Shown one piece after another: positions 60,835-64,000 of a DNA stretch of 64,000 bases. The translations under genes were made by a program, and so were the position numbers. The stretch is from Podospora anserina (taxonomy: Eukaryota), in contig CM030336.1 in assembly GCA_017654855.1 (NCBI GenBank), positions 3,658,001 through 3,722,000 of the forward strand, written 5' to 3'. Below the pieces are notes generated by a model, which was given only the letters and a program-made list of their open reading frames with translations, searched no databases and was not told where the DNA came from. How positions within the stretch are numbered: position 1 is the first letter of the stretch; every line of letters begins with the position of its first letter.

Positions 60835-63258
60835 CTCCGCTTTCTAGTCTAGGGTGTGTGAGTTAGTGATACTACCAAGGGAGGGCATCAAAAGAGACGA
60901 CGGGCATACCTTGAACAAGAGAGATACCGGCTTGGCTCGGTGATGATAGGATATAACAAGGATGATTTCTTGACAAGGTAAATCAGGTAAGGTAAGTATC
61001 CAGCCCGCCAGCGTAAAACGTGTCCCCGTCCCTGAGTCTCGTGATACAGAACAGAGCGACTGTAAGACGAAGATCGGCTGCTCACTCGCCGATGATGAGC
61101 AGCAAAGAGTCGATGACCGAACTGATCGACAACAACCCGATATGAAATGGTGAATATCCGTCTATGGTGTACCGTCAAATCCTCCCCCGCCCCCCAACGT
61201 GGGTATGGGTAGGTAAGTAAGGTAGGTAGGTATCTTTAAAAGGTGAAAAAAGTAAAGTAGATCGGTTCTATGATCTGACTGAGTACCAATCGTGAAGCCG
61301 GTTATGATGTAGCCTAAGTAAAACGTAACGATAACAAAACACAAAACAGCCATCCATCCCAAACCCTACGTCGATCACCCCCCACCCCCCTCTTTATATA
61401 CCCCTTCCCCTCCCTCCCCTTTTACAATGGTGTATATAAATAACCTCCATCACCACCAGGAGGTACCTCAAACCCAAGCAACGCAACCACCCATCATCCG
61501 ATCCCCATCCCAGCAGCATTGTGTACAACAGCTACACCACCTTCCTCCCGGCGGAAAATCCTTCCATCATCCCATCCTCCCCCCAATCCCGAAGATCGAA
61601 GGGTACCCCTCCCATGTTCCCCCTTCCCCCTCATCACCACCACCTAGGTCTCGCCTTGAGGGGCGAACATCCACGGGTACCCGCACCCTAGCCTCATCCT
61701 TGTCATCTCTCACACCTGCACCTCTTGTATCATGATCAAATCTCCACCAAACAGCACCGCCCTTTCAATCTATCTCTCATCAACCCTGTGTGCTGTTCGA
61801 GAAAGAAAAAAACTGCTATTACACAAAATCGGCCAAAGAATGCAGGGTAAACAACCAAGGTAGGTAGGTGGCATACCCGGCGTAATGTTCCAATCATGCC
61901 CAGACGATACATCCTTCTGTGGCAGCAGAGAGAGAAGATGTGTAATCCCCCAAGGGGGTCGGAAGTAATAGATCATCACTATCGTTCGGGAATCGGGTTC
62001 AAGCAAAAAAAGGGTAATGGCATATGCCGCTAGATCCTACAAAAAAAAGCAAAGAGAGAGAAAGAGGAAGAGAGAGAGAGAGACAAGGATAGAACACAAG
62101 GAGGTTACCCATTCTTCCATGTGATACACACATATCTTCTCAAAAACATCATCACATCACTCCGCAGCGGAGAGAAAAAGAAGAAGAAACAAGACACTTC
62201 CACTGCACTTTAGTCATAAGACAAACATCTTCCCTCAGTCCCGAGGTGAGGCAGCAGCAGCAGGCAGTCAAAGACAAGCGTAAAAACAAGAAAGCCAAAA
62301 AGTTCTTGCCCCAATACCCGGTTGGTCTCATATTCATGACTTCGATTAATAATTCTGCTACTTCCCCCCTCTCCTACCAAAAGCTCTCCCGTTGGGTCCC
62401 GGCGGCAAGCAGCCGCGCGTGTGTCACCCTCGCTACCCCCGCTCCCACATCCAATTGCCGTTCCGGAAACCAGAGCAGGAGACGGCCCACAAGTCGTTCG
62501 TCTTGTGCCCCCACCGCAGGGGAGAACACCACCATACCGGGCAGTTTCGTCGTGCTGACGGTCATAGAAAAATGGTGGGTTGTACCGCAGCAGCTAACCA
62601 TTTGGCAGGCAGACACCCACTTCTTCCCCTCCCGGAGCGACGGAGACGGGTAAGATCTGCTACCCGCGAGTGCTTCACAAAACCACTTTACACAAGGCCG
62701 GCCCCAGCTGTTCGAGCGGTAGGCTACAGATTCTTTGCACATTGGCCGCGTTTCGAAAGCATGCCATGCAGGGCGTTGTTGGCATGGCGTGGCGTGGCTT
62801 ACTCCAACGTGCCTTTCGTGCGTTGCAGCTTGCTTGCGTGCGTGCGTGCGTGCGTCTGCGTGGTGGCTTTGAAGTGCGGAGTAAATGGGCAGGCCATGTT
62901 TCGTTTCCGGAACATGGAAGCTCTGGCGGGTTGCATATTCAAGATAGGACAGGACCGGGAAGTTTTCTCGAGATAGATCGAGGACGAATTGTTGGCTGGG
63001 GACTGCTGGGAAGGAGATGGCGAGAGACAACAGAGACAGACACAGCATATCTGAACCACACTATCCGCCGTCGCCGATTTGGTCATAATCCGACGAGAGT
63101 GTGCCTTCGGAGTTGTCTTAGACAACATTCTCCGAACCGACACGAAAGGATGGAGCAAGTGCAGCCGGTCCGGGTGGTTGAAGGCTGTGTCATGGATGCG
63201 GCCTATGTGGTCGAGGTGGGCCAAGATGACAAACTTACTCTCTGCCGCACGGCATGCT

Positions 63259-63872
63259 TCATAGACCTTGGGGAGGGAAGCTTGACGGTTTAGTCGTGCC
63301 ATCGGCGGAGATTTTGACCCAGGTCACGTTTGTGAGGAAGGCCCAGTTGGACCCGTCCCAGCGCTCAAGCATCTCGAGGTTCTTCTCCGAAGAGAGATCG
63401 GGCAGGTCTGTGGAACAGGTCAGCTCGGCTCATTTGAGTCAAAAAGTCAGGCGGTCATGGTAATAAGGTTCGGCTTACAGAAACCATTCTTGTGCTCCGT
63501 CTCAAGAGCCTCAATGGCCATCTTCAGCAGATCCTCTCTTGTGCTGGGTGGGCGTCCGGCACGGCGTGTCTTTTTGATCTCCTCATATTCCTCGTTGTGT
63601 TGCCCAACAAACTCTAGGATCTTGGCTTGGACGGCAGCTTCATCAAGAGGCTTCAGCTCATTCTCGCGTGCGGCCTCCAAGAAGAAGCGAGTACGGCGAA
63701 TCAGAGGCTTGTCTTGCTTCTTGCGGGCAGCAGCAAGAGCCTTCAGACGGTCATCACGAATGACGGCTGTGTGAAGTCGCTTGGCGTTTCTGCTGTTGGC
63801 GTGAAGAGCCTCAATCTTGCCGCCCTTCTTCTTCGCGATGCGTTTTCTCTCCTTTTCAAATGTCTTGGCCAT
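63259..63872 (-). CDS. TMA16: Translation machinery-associated protein 16; intron 63478-63408
   Basis: LHANSRNAKRL..RDDRL, RRAGRPPSTREDLL, GF|YLPDL..NLEML.RWDG; GTAAGC..CTGAC..CAG intron. Confidence 0.88.
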
Positions 63873-63881
63873 TTTGAATGA

Positions 63882-63919
63882 TTGCTGTGTGAGGCGTTGC
63901 TGTGTGAGGCGTTGCTGTG
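63882..63919. repeat. 15-bp tandem repeat x2.5 (TTGCTGTGTGAGGCG) in the TMA16 5' leader
   Basis: Directly visible. Confidence 0.85.
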
Positions 63920-64000
63920 CGATTGTGTTTACTGCTGTCGTTGAGAGGTGGAAGTGTCAGGGAATTTTTTGATGGGGCGGAATAGATATTGGTGGGGCTG

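Noticed and set aside
62374..63302. Several overlapping 140-220 aa ORFs
   Set aside because: Non-ATG starts, (GCGT)n microsatellite content, no motifs; probably TMA16 3' UTR and intergenic DNA.

Overview
Gene-dense, intron-containing chromosomal segment of a filamentous ascomycete. Intron signals, dispersed 5S and tRNA genes and the TPP-riboswitch THI4 point to Sordariales, Podospora-like; this is inferred, not searched. About 22 protein-coding loci are supported: partial LCB1, FKS1, a GCNA/SprT-like protease, MOG1, HNT1, a FucP-type MFS transporter, eIF2A, a questin-oxidase-like protein, a large GPI cell-wall protein, THI4, a Ras-like GTPase, a group II PLP decarboxylase, AMMECR1, a Zn2Cys6 factor, an NLR (HeLo/SesA-like-NACHT-ANK), an LCCL membrane protein, MAM33, TMA16 and several small orphans. 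There is also tRNA-Gly(GCC), a 5S rRNA gene and an intronic TPP riboswitch. Four observations stand out. (i) The NLR P-loop sits on a 25-nt microexon that stays in frame only through a GC donor, while competing GT donors would truncate the protein after the N-terminal effector domain. (ii) A spliced Cys-rich orphan, which the ORF track shows only in fragments, has a frameshifted tail. (iii) A GPI protein carries a myxobacterial-type Cys-rich repeat. (iv) The full alternative-splicing architecture of the THI4 riboswitch is readable. Exon structures and family calls come from manual reading and recalled motifs; no searches were run.
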